In this document: piece by piece, positions 46,622 through 64,000 of the stretch | Layout of the letters: every line of letters begins with the position of its first letter | Numbering within the stretch: the first letter of the stretch is position 1 | Source of the DNA: Bugula neritina | Lineage: Eukaryota > Animalia > Bryozoa | DNA length: 64,000 nt | Direction of reading: 5' to 3' | Assembly (NCBI GenBank): GCA_964035545.1 | Contig: OZ037768.1 | Location: forward strand, 13,587,675-13,651,674 | Program-made: the position numbers and the translations under genes | The notes under the pieces: model-generated | Told to the model about the DNA's origin: nothing | The model's input: only the letters and a program-made list of their open reading frames with translations | Database searches by the model: none

Positions 46622-49600
46622 CTAAGTTTTATATAATTGAGAAAGCTCATTGACAAGTTTAGTAAGGTGTGGGTTGCCTCCTAGACTAGATATCTCAGCA
46701 TGTAATCTGAAAATAAAGCACAAATTGTAGCTTTAACTTTTCAAAGACAATTACAAGTTTCCCTATCTCTGTGATAAATCTTAGTATTTTAGGGCACTTC
46801 TAGATTCTCTCCGGAAAGCAGTTTCTTCATACATACAGCAGGCCAATTAACGGTCATGAATTCGTTTGGTAAATGATTAAAGAAAATCTTTAGGATGAGC
46901 GACGCTTAACGACTCAGTTGTTGAGCAGCGATTGCTCAAATCAATGACAATTCACTTTTACATTACAATGCTAAAACTTTTTAGTACATCTAATCAAAGC
47001 CTTTCCTGCAGGATTCATGAAAACATATTGATATAAACTAAATAACCCGATAAAATTAAATTTAAGAGTTACTATAACTTGCGATTAAAAAAAGAAAAGG
47101 CATACAACTCTCGTAAACTTTTAAATGAATTTATTTACGAGAGAACCTAAAAGTATTTTTAGAGTTGCTGTAGTAACTCACTTTTTAGCAACATATTTGT
47201 ATACTTACTGTGATTCGAGTTCTAACAGAACTTTCTTGGTATACTCAAAAGCACCGAGCTTCATCATGTGCTGAACGCAGTACTTTTTGACATCAGCATC
47301 TTTGGTTCGTTGGCGCACAATATCTACATACACATGGAACACTTTCTGATAATCAAGCTTGTAATGATAATGCACACTTATAAGAAACAATGTTAGTGAA
47401 AGAAAAACTAATAAACAAACATTTTTATCCAACTATGCAGAGTTTGCAAGAAATAATAACTCACTCATGATTTGATGGTCGTTTGGATGAGAGTTGATTG
47501 CATATATTATTGGAAACGAAAACTTTCCTTCTGTTAGATCTTCGCAATAACTTTTATTCTGCTCATACTAAAAGTAACAGTACGTGCAATGTCAAACAGC
47601 AAGCTGATCAAATAGCAGTTTACATTATATACAACACCATTGAGATACAATACATATTTATACATTTTAAGCAAGCTTTTCTGGTTGTTCATATAAATCA
47701 AAAGAACACCTCATAACTAATTATGCTTTGGAATTTGCAGAGCATATTAAAACAACAAATATCAAATTGCTTTTAATTTTTTTTACATGGTTGGACAAAA
47801 ATATCAAACCAATATACTACATCGAAGTGACATATATGTAGAAAGAATATTGCACTTGATAGAAAACTAACATTACATTGATGAAAGCTGTATCAGCTGA
47901 TCTATTGTGGTTCATATGTTCAACAGAAGATATGCACTTATAAAATGAACCTTATTCCACAAAATTATATATCAATTGAAAAGCTTTTACACATGTAAAT
48001 GGTGAAACACATACCTCAGTTGAGCAGAGGTTGGCATAGTCATCCCTGATTTGGAAGTAAAGTCCCAAGTACTCAGTGACCCGACTTAAATCGCTACAAG
48101 ATATACAACAGTGTCAGTGAAGTAAACAAGACATTACATCAACTTTAAAATTCTCTTAAAAGACCAAACCTGTAAGTACATTCATCTTGTGATCATCAAA
48201 ACAACGTCACAATGTCTGTATTTGCTACAATAACTTACATTTGACTTTCACTGAACAGCTGCATCAATCGAATTGCCAATCCAAACAACCCTCCAGTCTC
48301 TGAAAAAAACAATGATTTAAAAACATACATAAACAATATTTATTTTCAATTTATATGTCGTGAGGGAACTTTTTTTCAAGATTTGGTGCTTCAACAGCAA
48401 GAATAGCAAACGACAGTAACAGAAGACAACTACAAAACAACTGCAGCACTGCCTTGATACATTAAAAATGTTTATTGGCAAATCTAAGTATAAATATTTC
48501 TCTTTAGTTGATGAAAGACATACTTCTTTTAACCATTAACTTGTATTGTTCCTCAGAAGGGCAGATATACGAGTCTCTCCAGTATATATCCATTCCCTGA
48601 CCCTTATGTAACTCCAGCAATTGCTCGGTAAACACCTGCATTGAGTAAAAACATTCATCTTAAAATGTAGTTGTCACAAAACACTACATGCGTGATGAAC
48701 ATCAGCAGCACACCAACTCTACTGATGAAGTACCCAACAACCTACAACTTTGCGGTCAAACAGCTTTAAATACACAAACTTAGTTCAACCATGTATTTCA
48801 AATATAAAGAATCTTCACATAAAAAAGCAAAATGTTAACAAAAAAGCACACCTCGGCACATCCAGGTTTCCCTAAGGCCAACAATTTTTGTAGCCCTAAG
48901 AAGTAGACATAATTAGCAGAGTTTAGAGTAGTAGGTGTACCATATATATGATGAGCTACAGGCACCCCTCTTCTTAGAGTAGAACTATCTTCAATGTCAT
49001 CAATTCTATAAAAGCAAACGACAAAATAATCTTTTAAATAAAAAGTGGCCATAATGAGATTCTGAAATATTATTGAATGTGACAAAGTCAAATTGGCAAA
49101 AAGCTAATTGCATTGTAATACAAAATACAAACGACTACCTTTTCATTACAATAAATTGATAGCTATAGTTTGCAGACGCAACAATTGAACAAAGTCCCAA
49201 AATGAGTATATATATTATATAAAACTACGTGCTATCTGCATTGTTTACAAGTTTCAACAACAAAGCTGCATACATTACATAACAAAATAACTACAAGATA
49301 ATGCTTGCCAGCTTTACTACCACTTCATTACTACAGCATAAATGGCAACACAATGTTTAATTGTTGTTGTCACATATAACAAAAATACACAAGAATATGT
49401 GATATGAACTGTGTAGTTAGCAATACTCATACACACAAGCCACACACACACACAAGCTTAATCAATGCAGCCTTAAGACCATTAAAAAGTATGCACTAGT
49501 TTGCAGGGTGCTTCAAGATGATGCTGCATAATTTAAAAACATTCACTTATGACTGCCAATAGCAATAAGTGTCATGAAGGCTGTGTAATGTATTTTTTAT

Positions 49601-52161
49601 TCAAACAACTCTAATACCAAAACATCCATCTTTCTGCATTGCACATTCTAGCAACTTTTAAAGAGTAATTTTATATATGCAATGAAATTAAAAAAATATC
49701 AACTAGGGATAAATATGAATAGTGAAACTAATTTAAATTAGTTCTAATTTTCTTTAACTTCAACATCAAGCACCATATGTAAAAGGCAACACTTACAACA
49801 AACTGGCATTATGTAGCATCTGAGTAACTTCTCCTATTTTTGAAATTATATCTTCTGGGATTTTTAACCAATAGTTGAACGCCTATAAACAAAAAAAGAC
49901 TGCATTAATGTAACAAACCAGACATTAAATGGGCGATCACACCAACTACTTTTCAGACAAATTTTGCTAAATTAATAAAAACAATGAAAATAATCAATCT
50001 TGAGTAAACCGTTTCTATCTAGTATAAAAATAAACTAAAAAAAAGTATTTAGCTATGAGTAAAACATAAAGAATGTGCTTGGTATGTAGATGACTATAGC
50101 CATAACTTTACAAACTTTTGATACCAACATCCCGAAAAAACTATTACTCACTTTTGGTTGGAGATTCTAATAAATACAGTGACTCACCCACTAGTGCTAA
50201 ACTTGCTGCATTCCATTAACTGATTCAAACTATTATGCTTTAAATAAACTAAATTTCTCATTGATTGGTAACTTTGAAAAACACAATTTAAACTTGAAAT
50301 TCAACTTAAAAAAGTTTATTTGAAGTTGAACAAAGACTTAGTGCACAAATTGAAAAACACAAAAAACACAGCAAACAAAAGTTATCAATTCAAAGCCCTC
50401 ACAACGTTAGCATATGATCCGTAATGGAGAGGTAGCTAATCTTATCTAAGTTATTTACCATCAACATGAAATGACATTGACTATCATTATTTTAGCTCGC
50501 TTGGCTATAAAAACTACAAAATAATTAAAACAGTAAAATGGCGGTTTTAATATTTTAAAATGATTTCTTGCGAACTTTATATATTTCTATTAATATCAAC
50601 TCGTTGTTTCCTTTTCTCAAGCTTGCCAATTTGAAATAATTCTACTGTGTTGAAAAGTAAAGAAGATATTACATAATCAAGACATCTATATATAATACTT
50701 TATATGTGTATCAATGTAAAATAATGCCAAAAATGACACCCCTTTAAAAAGTAAATTTTAATAATAAGTAAAATTATGCTAAAATTTTAAAGCAACAACA
50801 ATAAGTATTTAGGGAAATGTTGATATATGAGTTACACTTATTAAACCTTATCATAAATTAGACAACAGTTTCATATAAGTCTTACAATTTTTTCTCATGT
50901 TTTCAGTTTTGATTTAACAATTATATTTTTATGCTTGGTGCTAAATGTATCAGAAAGAAGCCCACAATTTCCTGACTAAATTTTAAAATGTTAATTTTAT
51001 TGAAGTTAGACAAGATGAAAGATGACTTCAACCTAACAGTGAGCATTGTTTTCTCTTTTAAGTCTTATTAAATTTAATGCCCTGCATATAATCGCATTCA
51101 TTTTAGGCTTTGAAATTTACTCAAAACTATATAACTTTTAAATATACATTTAATAACATAATATTCACTTACCACAGCAAGTTTTGTTCTTATCTGTTTG
51201 CCAGGAATCTGGGTAATATAATTATATGGACCCAGAAGAACCTGAAACCCAATCATGATTAACATGACTAGAACACATGATTTACAGAATAATTGATAAA
51301 AAATATGTCTGTTATAAACATGATCAATTAATAATTTCAATATATTTATTTTAATCAAAACAATAATCATAATATTAAGTAGAGCCAGTCCAATTTGCAA
51401 AGACATAGGTATATTTAGTTGCTTAATATAAATTCATTGACATTAACCAATGCAAATTATTTGGGTAGATGTAACCTTTTCTAAGAAAGTTGCAAATGAG
51501 TTAGAGGCTGCAAATAGGTCACAGACATTATAATTATTACATGGCTATGTGCAACCACAATATTTTAAAACCATTTTCCATTAGTAAATATTGGTGCTGT
51601 TTAATAAAACCACAAAATTTGATTTTATTTCACAAAAAAATTAAAAGCACATGGTTGAGCATTTTTTCTGAATTCAGAGTTTATTTTAAAAACTAACAAA
51701 ATACTTTTAATTTATCAATCTGGTATAATTAAAAGATTTTAAAAAGCTAAGTTTGTCTTTTTCAACTAAAATCACAAAAAGAAATTTTAATATAAGCTTG
51801 GTATATCCCAATGATGTTGAATATATGCTTATTAAATCAAATACTAAATTTTTGACTCTAAATCCATTACATGGATTTGTGTGTGTAGAATATCAACATA
51901 CAAAAAAAGACAGAAAAGTGAGTTAGAAACTAATTGCTTGTTTTGTTAAAATGTTTAACAACCAGCATTAATCAAAGAAACATCAAGATAAAAATGCTTC
52001 AGCTTACATTTAGACTTTAGTTTTAGCTGACTATAATATTAACAATTGTGATAATCAAAAATCCATACTTTTAATTTAATTTGCAATTTAAATCTAACCT
52101 GGTCTTCGAGCTGAAGCTCAAGCTTATTGGTTGTTTGCTCTATATCAGACTTAGTCTCCAT
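46622..52161 (-). CDS. GGPS1: Geranylgeranyl diphosphate synthase
   Basis: [29 protein letters not shown]|[13 protein letters not shown] (FARM), [25 protein letters not shown] (SARM), [14 protein letters not shown], ending [19 protein letters not shown]. Confidence 0.95.
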
Positions 52162-52209
52162 CGTTCTTCAAAACAGTGAGTGTGACTGGAAAAATAAAAA
52201 TGGCTGTAA

Positions 52210-52500
52210 CATAATAACTAATATTCATTATAATGAATATAACAAATATGACTATTAGTATTACTATTACTATCACTATTAGTATTAGTATTAGTATAAC
52301 ATTAACTATAAGATTAAGTATAAAACTTAATATTATTATTATAAACATAATTATAAACAAATCCAAATATACTTATACGACTATTACTATAATATACTAT
52401 TAGATTATAGATAAACTATAGTTACAAGTAATAATTATTATTCAATTAGTTTAAATTATATTACAATTATTAATAGTGAATTATATTCAATTTTAATAAT
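52210..52500. repeat. Degenerate hexamer-periodic tract in the GGPS1 5' intron
   Basis: actattagtattactattactatcactattagtattagta.. array. Confidence 0.75.
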
Positions 52501-52799
52501 TTTAACTTGTGACAATTTTCACGTTCACTTTCAGTATGAGTATAAAGAGATTCAGATGCCTAATTAATAAGAGTCAATTTTTTAATTTTAATCAATAAAT
52601 AATCAAAAAACTTCAATACAAAAAAGTGTGTTTTGTACTTCTGCTTGGAAATAATTGATACTACACCAATACAAACTCTTAGCAAAGAATGACTCATGAC
52701 ATTTTAATTCATTTCCTAGAAACATTTTCAGAAAGGGTGTGAAAGAAAGTGTTATATTCGAGTAGTTAAAAGTTTTGGGAACCAATCAATCGCAGCTTA

Positions 52800-53000
52800 T
52801 GCTTACATTTTACAAATGTACCCTTTATTATGGAATAAATACTACTTTCAACGGACAGCGAATTAGATTACAAAAATTATCAACAAATCCATGTGCAAGG
52901 CAAGATCTACGACCTTGACCGTGCATACGATAGCTGATAGCTGTCAGAAAACCAAGAAATTAAATAAATCCTGTTCGTCTATACTCTATTTAGTATTGCT
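52800..53000. promoter_or_regulatory. Putative bidirectional promoter region for GGPS1 and FBXL15
   Basis: CpG-containing patch between divergent genes. There is a minus-strand GTAAGC donor at 52806, and both ATG exons are preceded by acceptors. Confidence 0.55.
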
Positions 53001-53279
53001 CATTAGATTCACTTTCAGTGCATTGGTATAATATAAATATACTAATACCAGCATAATGATAATGATCATAGCAATATCTCAATGAACAATCCTTGCGTAA
53101 AATTGCCAATTGTCTGAAAGTGAAGAATTTAAAGTTTAGTTTTTTTATTTTACTTTGAATATCAATATCAAGATGAATATGAATATTCAATTTTATTAGG
53201 CCAGGTTATAAAACATTTCGAATAAATGAAAATATTAATTTTAAATAGCAATTTAAAGTTCATGTAAACTGTAGAGCGA

Positions 53280-53640
53280 AAGCTTAGACTCAAAGACTAA
53301 AACTAAAAGCCTAAAGTAATAACAAAATAACTATTGCTATGCCTATAGTATAAGTATAAGTACAGCAGTTATACTTATACTTGTACAGTATCATTATGAG
53401 TATGGTTATGAGTATAACATTATCACTATGATCAACTTTAACTTATAGTTTAAGTTATTAACTCTAAGTATCAGTATTACAGTGACTTTAATGTTAAGAT
53501 TAACTTATTTGTTATCGCTTATAGTTATTAGTTATTAGTGTTAGTATAACTATTACTATTAGTATTAGCCTGCAAGACTCGAGTAAATTTCACTTATACC
53601 TACCAATATCTCTAGTATTACATTATTAGTACAGATATAA
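53280..53640. repeat. Degenerate hexamer-periodic tract in the FBXL15 5' intron
   Basis: agtataagtataagtac.. and tagttattagttattagtgttagtataactattactattagt.. arrays. Confidence 0.75.
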
Positions 53641-53994
53641 AGACTTAATATGACTCAATATGAATTGTTTTATCAGAATCATAAGAATTATTTGGTAACA
53701 CACCAAATTTAATATTGCGTGTTTATACCTGTATAGTATATATTGTGATAGTTTTTGGGTTTGTCAATGAAATCAAGCTGATGGGAACATATACCTCTTT
53801 GTTATGAAAGATAAGACAGGTTGCTGGTTACTAATGATTTATTATAGCGCCTGCTATAAACAGAACCCAGACCTGGTTCCGCACAGTTGATCAGTAAGAG
53901 TGATGAATAATAGTAGTAGTTGATAAGAGCTCCCAGTCTTATATTGACTAGAGACTGGAGATGTCTTACTTATATGCTAAAAAATTCTCTAAGC

Positions 53995-54140
53995 GGAGGC
54001 CCGACTTCGAGCCAAATTTGGACTCACACTCCGGTGCCTGAATCGGACGTCCGATTTAGAATCGGCGTTCGAATCGGTTAGAACGGGCACCCCGAACTCA
54101 GTCGGGTGTCCGAATCCTCCAAATCAGATATCCCGAATAA
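53995..54140. repeat. CpG-rich CCGAAT/ATCGG subrepeat element (probable transposon fragment)
   Basis: Repeated gaatcgg/ccgaat motifs and the palindrome AATCGGACGTCCGATT, standing out from the AT-rich background. Confidence 0.5.
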
Positions 54141-54417
54141 TTTAATTATTTGGGGGGAGGGGGTGTGGGGGTAGTTGAGGTCTGACTTACAAACTTACAA
54201 AAGAAACTAATTTACAAAAGAGATTATGCAATGAGTATATGGGTTAAATAGTAAATAACAGCAATGATATAATGATAACACAAGTTCTATCCCCAGATTT
54301 GATAGAGGATTATATACATACATATGCATACATACATCATACATGTATATATACACGTTGTGTATATGTGTTTATGTACCTATATAATAAGTTTATGCTA
54401 ATTTTATTTAGAATATA

Positions 54418-56961
54418 ATGGAAGATGACATTACTTTGGCGGACTTACCATGGGAGGATGTCATTTTCAAACATATATTTCCTAGCCTCGACCTCAAAGC
54501 TCTTTTTAACATAGGTAGTACAGCTTTGACATACCGGGAGATGACCAAAGAATATTTCAAAATGAACAAAACCATTAATATTGGGAAGCACGGTGCAAAG
54601 GTCACAGAAAAAGCACTGAGTTTCTTATTGAAAGAAAATAAATGTTGTCAAAAACTTATACTTAAAAATTGCAAATCGTCACTCAATTGTAAAATCCTAG
54701 AACCAATGCTAGAAAGAAACAGACAGTTAGTTCACTTGGATCTTACTCAGTGTACCAGTTTGACAAATAACAGTCTGCAAACTCTTGCAGTCAACTGTAG
54801 GAAGATACGTCACCTAATACTCCGAGACTGCGTCTGGGCATCATCTCCTGCTGTTACTAATATTGGTTTGCAGTGTCGAGAACTAATATACTTGGATTTG
54901 TCAGGGTGTTGGAATATCAATGATGAAGCAGTCTCTGTCATTAGCCAGGCTTGTAACGGGTGAGAATAGTTTAATTAGTTTATTATAAAAAATAATATAT
55001 GATGTCAAGGCAAAATATAAATTGTTAGGTTAATTGCCGTTGACAACTAGCAAGTTGATAATCCAGTTATGCTGATCTTGTTGATTTTTTTATTTAGCAT
55101 TTATTGTGTTAATAGTACAAGACTTTGAGCTGTGAAAATTTTCAAGTTGTAAACATGTTTCATAAAATTGTAAAAGATGGCTCTTACGTATTCGTCGGAG
55201 AGTTACAGAAAATGGAATGTTGAATTTATTAATTTGCAATTGTTTGTAATCTTGAACAATCTAAAAATGATTTGGCATATTAAAAAACTAAACTGTGTAT
55301 CAATTTAAATACATATTTAATATATACTGTATTTTCTATTTCTAAAAAGTTTATTTTTATGCCCCTAGGTTGGTGGATTTAAATATCTCTAGAATATACG
55401 GTATTACAGATAGCAGTGTTAAGTCTGTTGCAAGAAACTGTAGAAATTTAACGAAATTAAATGTAAGAGAGTGTTGGAGACTCAGTGATAACAGTATGAA
55501 AATGTTGTTGGAATATTGCAAAAGTTTGAAGGTTAGTAGTAAATACAAGCAGGTTTTCTTTTGTCTTCACAAAATCTGTAGTGTAAATGTTTTTTATTTT
55601 ATATATGAAAACTTGAAACTCTCACACAAGTTTATAGTCGCTACCCCTGTGAGACGCCCCTGATGGAAAGGGTTTTGTTAAAGCGGGCCAAAAACTTATT
55701 TAAATGAGGCACAGGAGCAATTATGACTGGATGCTCTTCCTAACATCACCAATAGCCTTTGTCTGGGTTCGAACCCATGACCTTGTGTTTACTAGGCAAA
55801 CGCTCTAACCCCCAGACCACGGCTGCTCCCATATAAAAACTTGAAACTGTTTTTTCTTAAATTATATTTTTGCTCAAATAACTACTATGTATGATTATTG
55901 CTACTAGCACTTTGGACTGTGCTGTAATTCATTTTTAAGACACATTGCAATTGTTAATCCACAGAACTATCTGTAGGGTTCTAACTTAGTGTCTACAATA
56001 CTATACGTCGATAATTATCAATAACTTTTAACTAATCCACATATATACTTTGTTTTCAGATGATTAATGTAAAATGCACTGTTTCAATGTAGTTATTTTG
56101 CATTTGATCATTTTGTTACTCTGCTCTGAATTATTGGAGAAGTTGTAAATCAAGTAACAATTTTCTGACTTCTTCCATATACTCTAATCATACTGTTTTA
56201 CAAATATTGTTGTATATACAATATTATTCAGAGTCAAAGCTGTTTTATACGATTTGTTTTGGAAGTAATGGTGTCAAATAGTTTTAGTAACTGTAAATGG
56301 TATTAGGCTGGCACATTGGCTGCTTTAGATGAAACTTGAGAGTAGGCTTTTGTCGAAATGAGTCCTCAAAATTTTTGCACAACCGAGTTATTTTAATATA
56401 GAAATAATATGAACAAAAAAAAAATAAGTTCTGTTAAATAACAATGATTTTTGATGAATTGTACTTTTAATAGTTAATATACATATTAGTTGAGCTAAAA
56501 TGGTAAACGATGTATCTATACTTGAAATCCCCATATTCCTGTTTCATCACCTTGGTATTTTAGAATAGTTTACATATATTGTCCTGTGCTACAAATGGAC
56601 TAGTACTTCATTTGATGAAATGGTTTCAGCAGTCTAATTTCTTCTATTTTGATGATTAGATTGCACTTCGAGAATATTAATTCTTTGGTTTGAATTTTGC
56701 TTATAAAAATTTTCTAAATTTATTTGGATATTGCACCCATTAAACTTGAAATTTTTTTGCAATCAATTGTTCTTCGGTCTATTTGTTACATTATAAAATA
56801 ATTATTGCTTTCTGTATTTTTAGCTATTACAAATAAAAGGATGTAAATCCATAACATGGAGGGTTTTTACAGAGTTTAGAAACAGAGGAGTTATACTGGA
56901 TCAAAGCACAGACTTCTCACGACTTCAGGTGGTTCGGCCTGAACCACCAATACAAATCTAG
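54418..56961 (+). CDS. FBXL15: F-box/LRR protein 15; exons 54418-54959, 55369-55531, 56824-56961
   Basis: The F-box start LADLPWEDVIFKHIFP matches the LDLPWEDV signature of FBXL15. Cys-containing LRRs follow (LDLTQCTSLTN, LDLSGCWNIND, LNVRECWRLSD), and the protein ends PPIQI*. Confidence 0.88.
55621..55830 (-). mobile_element. tRNA-derived SINE with an 18-bp target-site duplication, in FBXL15 intron 2
   Basis: The minus strand starts GGGAGCAGCCGTGGTCTGGGGGTTAGAGCG (A box) and has GGTTCGAACCC (B box). It is flanked by atatgaaaacttgaaact (55603-55620) and atataaaaacttgaaact (55831-55848). Confidence 0.88.
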
Positions 56962-57570
56962 CCTCAACATCTGTATATTTTTGTTCATCATATAAATTGA
57001 GATTGCTATTAAAAATTTGTGAATACTATTTTCCTATCTTAAATTTACTATATTTTATTGATTTTAAAAAATGTTTTACAATACATAAGATGTATGGAAA
57101 CGAACCAATGAACGCATTTATTTTTGTTGAAAAAACCTGTAAAACTATGTTTCATCAATAAAAATATTAAAAACTGAAATCACATGATAACTGTATAATA
57201 GTTGTATGATATGTAAAACTGTATGTTACATGGAATGAACTACGATTGATCGCATTAGATTGAGTTTATGAGCACATGAATTACCTGAATGTAGCAAAAT
57301 TGTGTTACTAAATAGCAAGAATTACTATTATAATAATATATAGAAAACTGTAATAAAAGAACTGCTCATAAAAAATTGAGCAGTTGCTGCACATCAAATT
57401 CACAAAAATAATTTCAATTGGCTTTTGAAAAATGCTCTATTTGATCTAACGCCCTGTTAAAAAATAAACACAAATATACAAAAATACAACAGCACCAATT
57501 TTAAAAACTAAAAAAATATTTACAAAGTAAATACTGTATTATTATTCAAAGGAAGTTGAAGCAATCCGAA

Positions 57571-62434
<4,864 letters not shown>

Positions 62435-64000
62435 ATTTTTAATTTCTTACTGCTCTAAAATGTGATATAAAATGATTAATAGTGGAGATGATAGTTATCT
62501 TTAGATGATGAACCAATTGTGACAAACGGATATCTTCATATCAAGCTAGTTAAAGCTTCACCAATAAAAACTAAGTTTCAGTTTTCAACTTATTGGCACA
62601 TAATTTTGACACTTATTGGCAACATGTTTTCAGTGTTTTAAACTCAGAAAAATTGTGTATTAGCTGCAGCCCAATGAAGCAACCATGTGAATCCAGTTTC
62701 AATTAAATTCAGTGTGGATAGTGTGGCAGTGTGTCTTATATTGGCATTAGATTTGTTTAAATAACAATTTATGTGTGTGTGGTTAGAACCAGAAAATTTA
62801 TATAATTTAAAAAAACTACGGAGAAAAAATTTAAGATTTTATGAAATCCACTTTGATACCAAAACTTTCTAAACAACATTTTATTTTCTAACCTAATTTT
62901 GCATGTGTTTTTGTAGCATCCCAATGCATATTTAACTTTCTCATAATCAAAACTATTTGATTTGCTAATTACTTAGACTTTATGAACTATTATCTTACAG
63001 AATTTTGACTTTGGCCCATGCCCTATAGCAGAAAGTTTCACAAGTAATTATTTTATTTTACTGGTCATACTTGTCAAGTTATTCAATAAAGTAAAATAAA
63101 AGAGAAACTATAGAAAGTGCAAAAAGAGGTGGTCGAGCACTATTTCACTGTACTATGAAAATGCAAGATTTTTTTAGAGTGTGGGCAAAATACTTTAGCT
63201 TTAAACTCAGCAATTGGGCACCCACTTAATATGAAACTTGCAATGTTTAAACATATTGTTCTTCTGATTAGCTGGGTGTAATATAATTGGCAAATCTAGC
63301 AATTTAGATTCAACTTGGCATATTTCTTTTAGAATTGACTTCACATGTTACATAGCGTCTCCAACAATAGGATTTATTACATTTTTATATGACAACTACT
63401 AAAGGGTTATATCAAGTGTATTATAACGTTGTTAACTTGCTGAGCTATTTATATACCAAACATCAAATGCTATAAATATTATGCACAAGATATGTGATTC
63501 ATCCCCATGTTATATATACAATGATGCTTTATAGTTGTGATTAGAGTTAGTTCTCCCTATGCTGTCAATCTGTACACTTTATACTTTACAATAACAAACC
63601 TTAGACAGTCTCATCTTGATTATTAACCACGCAATAATACAAAAACAAAACATTACAATATTCGTGTTTGCCTTGAAGAATCTTAAAGCTTTTAACATTA
63701 CCCAGTCAATTTGTAACAATTAAAAACTTGTTGAATTGCATTAAAAATACATAAGGTAAGTAAAATAGTTTAAATAATGAATAGCAATTGATGGTTTAGT
63801 TTTATTTGAATGCCACCAAAAATGGCGTTGTGCAAAATTGGTATTACTTTGATCCTTTTTAAATGAAATTTTCTATCACATTGGGTACTAAATAAAATTA
63901 ATTTCCAATACTTGAATTATTCCAGACATCTTCAAAATAAATGTAATAGTCATTTTTTTCTGGGTTTAAATATTTCACCAATCAACTAGCATTAAAAAAG

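Noticed and set aside
55755-55830. tRNA gene
   Set aside because: A and B boxes are present, but the sequence continues into a SINE body bounded by a TSD, with no proper acceptor stem or poly-T terminator.

Overview
AT-rich, intron-dense animal (invertebrate-type) genomic DNA, not prokaryotic. Seven conserved genes lie in strictly alternating orientation: CCT6 (-, first coding exon only), POR (+), SFI1 (-), a probably GPI-anchored GH1 beta-glycosidase (+), GGPS1 (-), FBXL15 (+) and ZAK/MAP3K20 long form (-). The main discovery is an 8-exon, 421-codon gene for a predicted type I membrane protein (signal peptide, Cys-patterned ectodomain, one TM helix). It is nested antisense inside a minor-spliceosome (U12-type) intron of SFI1 and fills almost all of it. 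The ORF track shows only fragments; I rebuilt it by hand and all seven GT-AG junctions keep frame. A second recurring pattern is degenerate hexamer-periodic TAGTAA/TTACTA tracts in the first introns next to the three apparent housekeeping promoters, but not at the TATA-type GH1 promoter. The window also holds a young 2.46-kb long-TIR element, foldback MITEs, a tRNA-derived SINE with an 18-bp TSD, mini- and microsatellites, and a probable GC-AG intron. All exon models were read by eye without RNA data or database searches.
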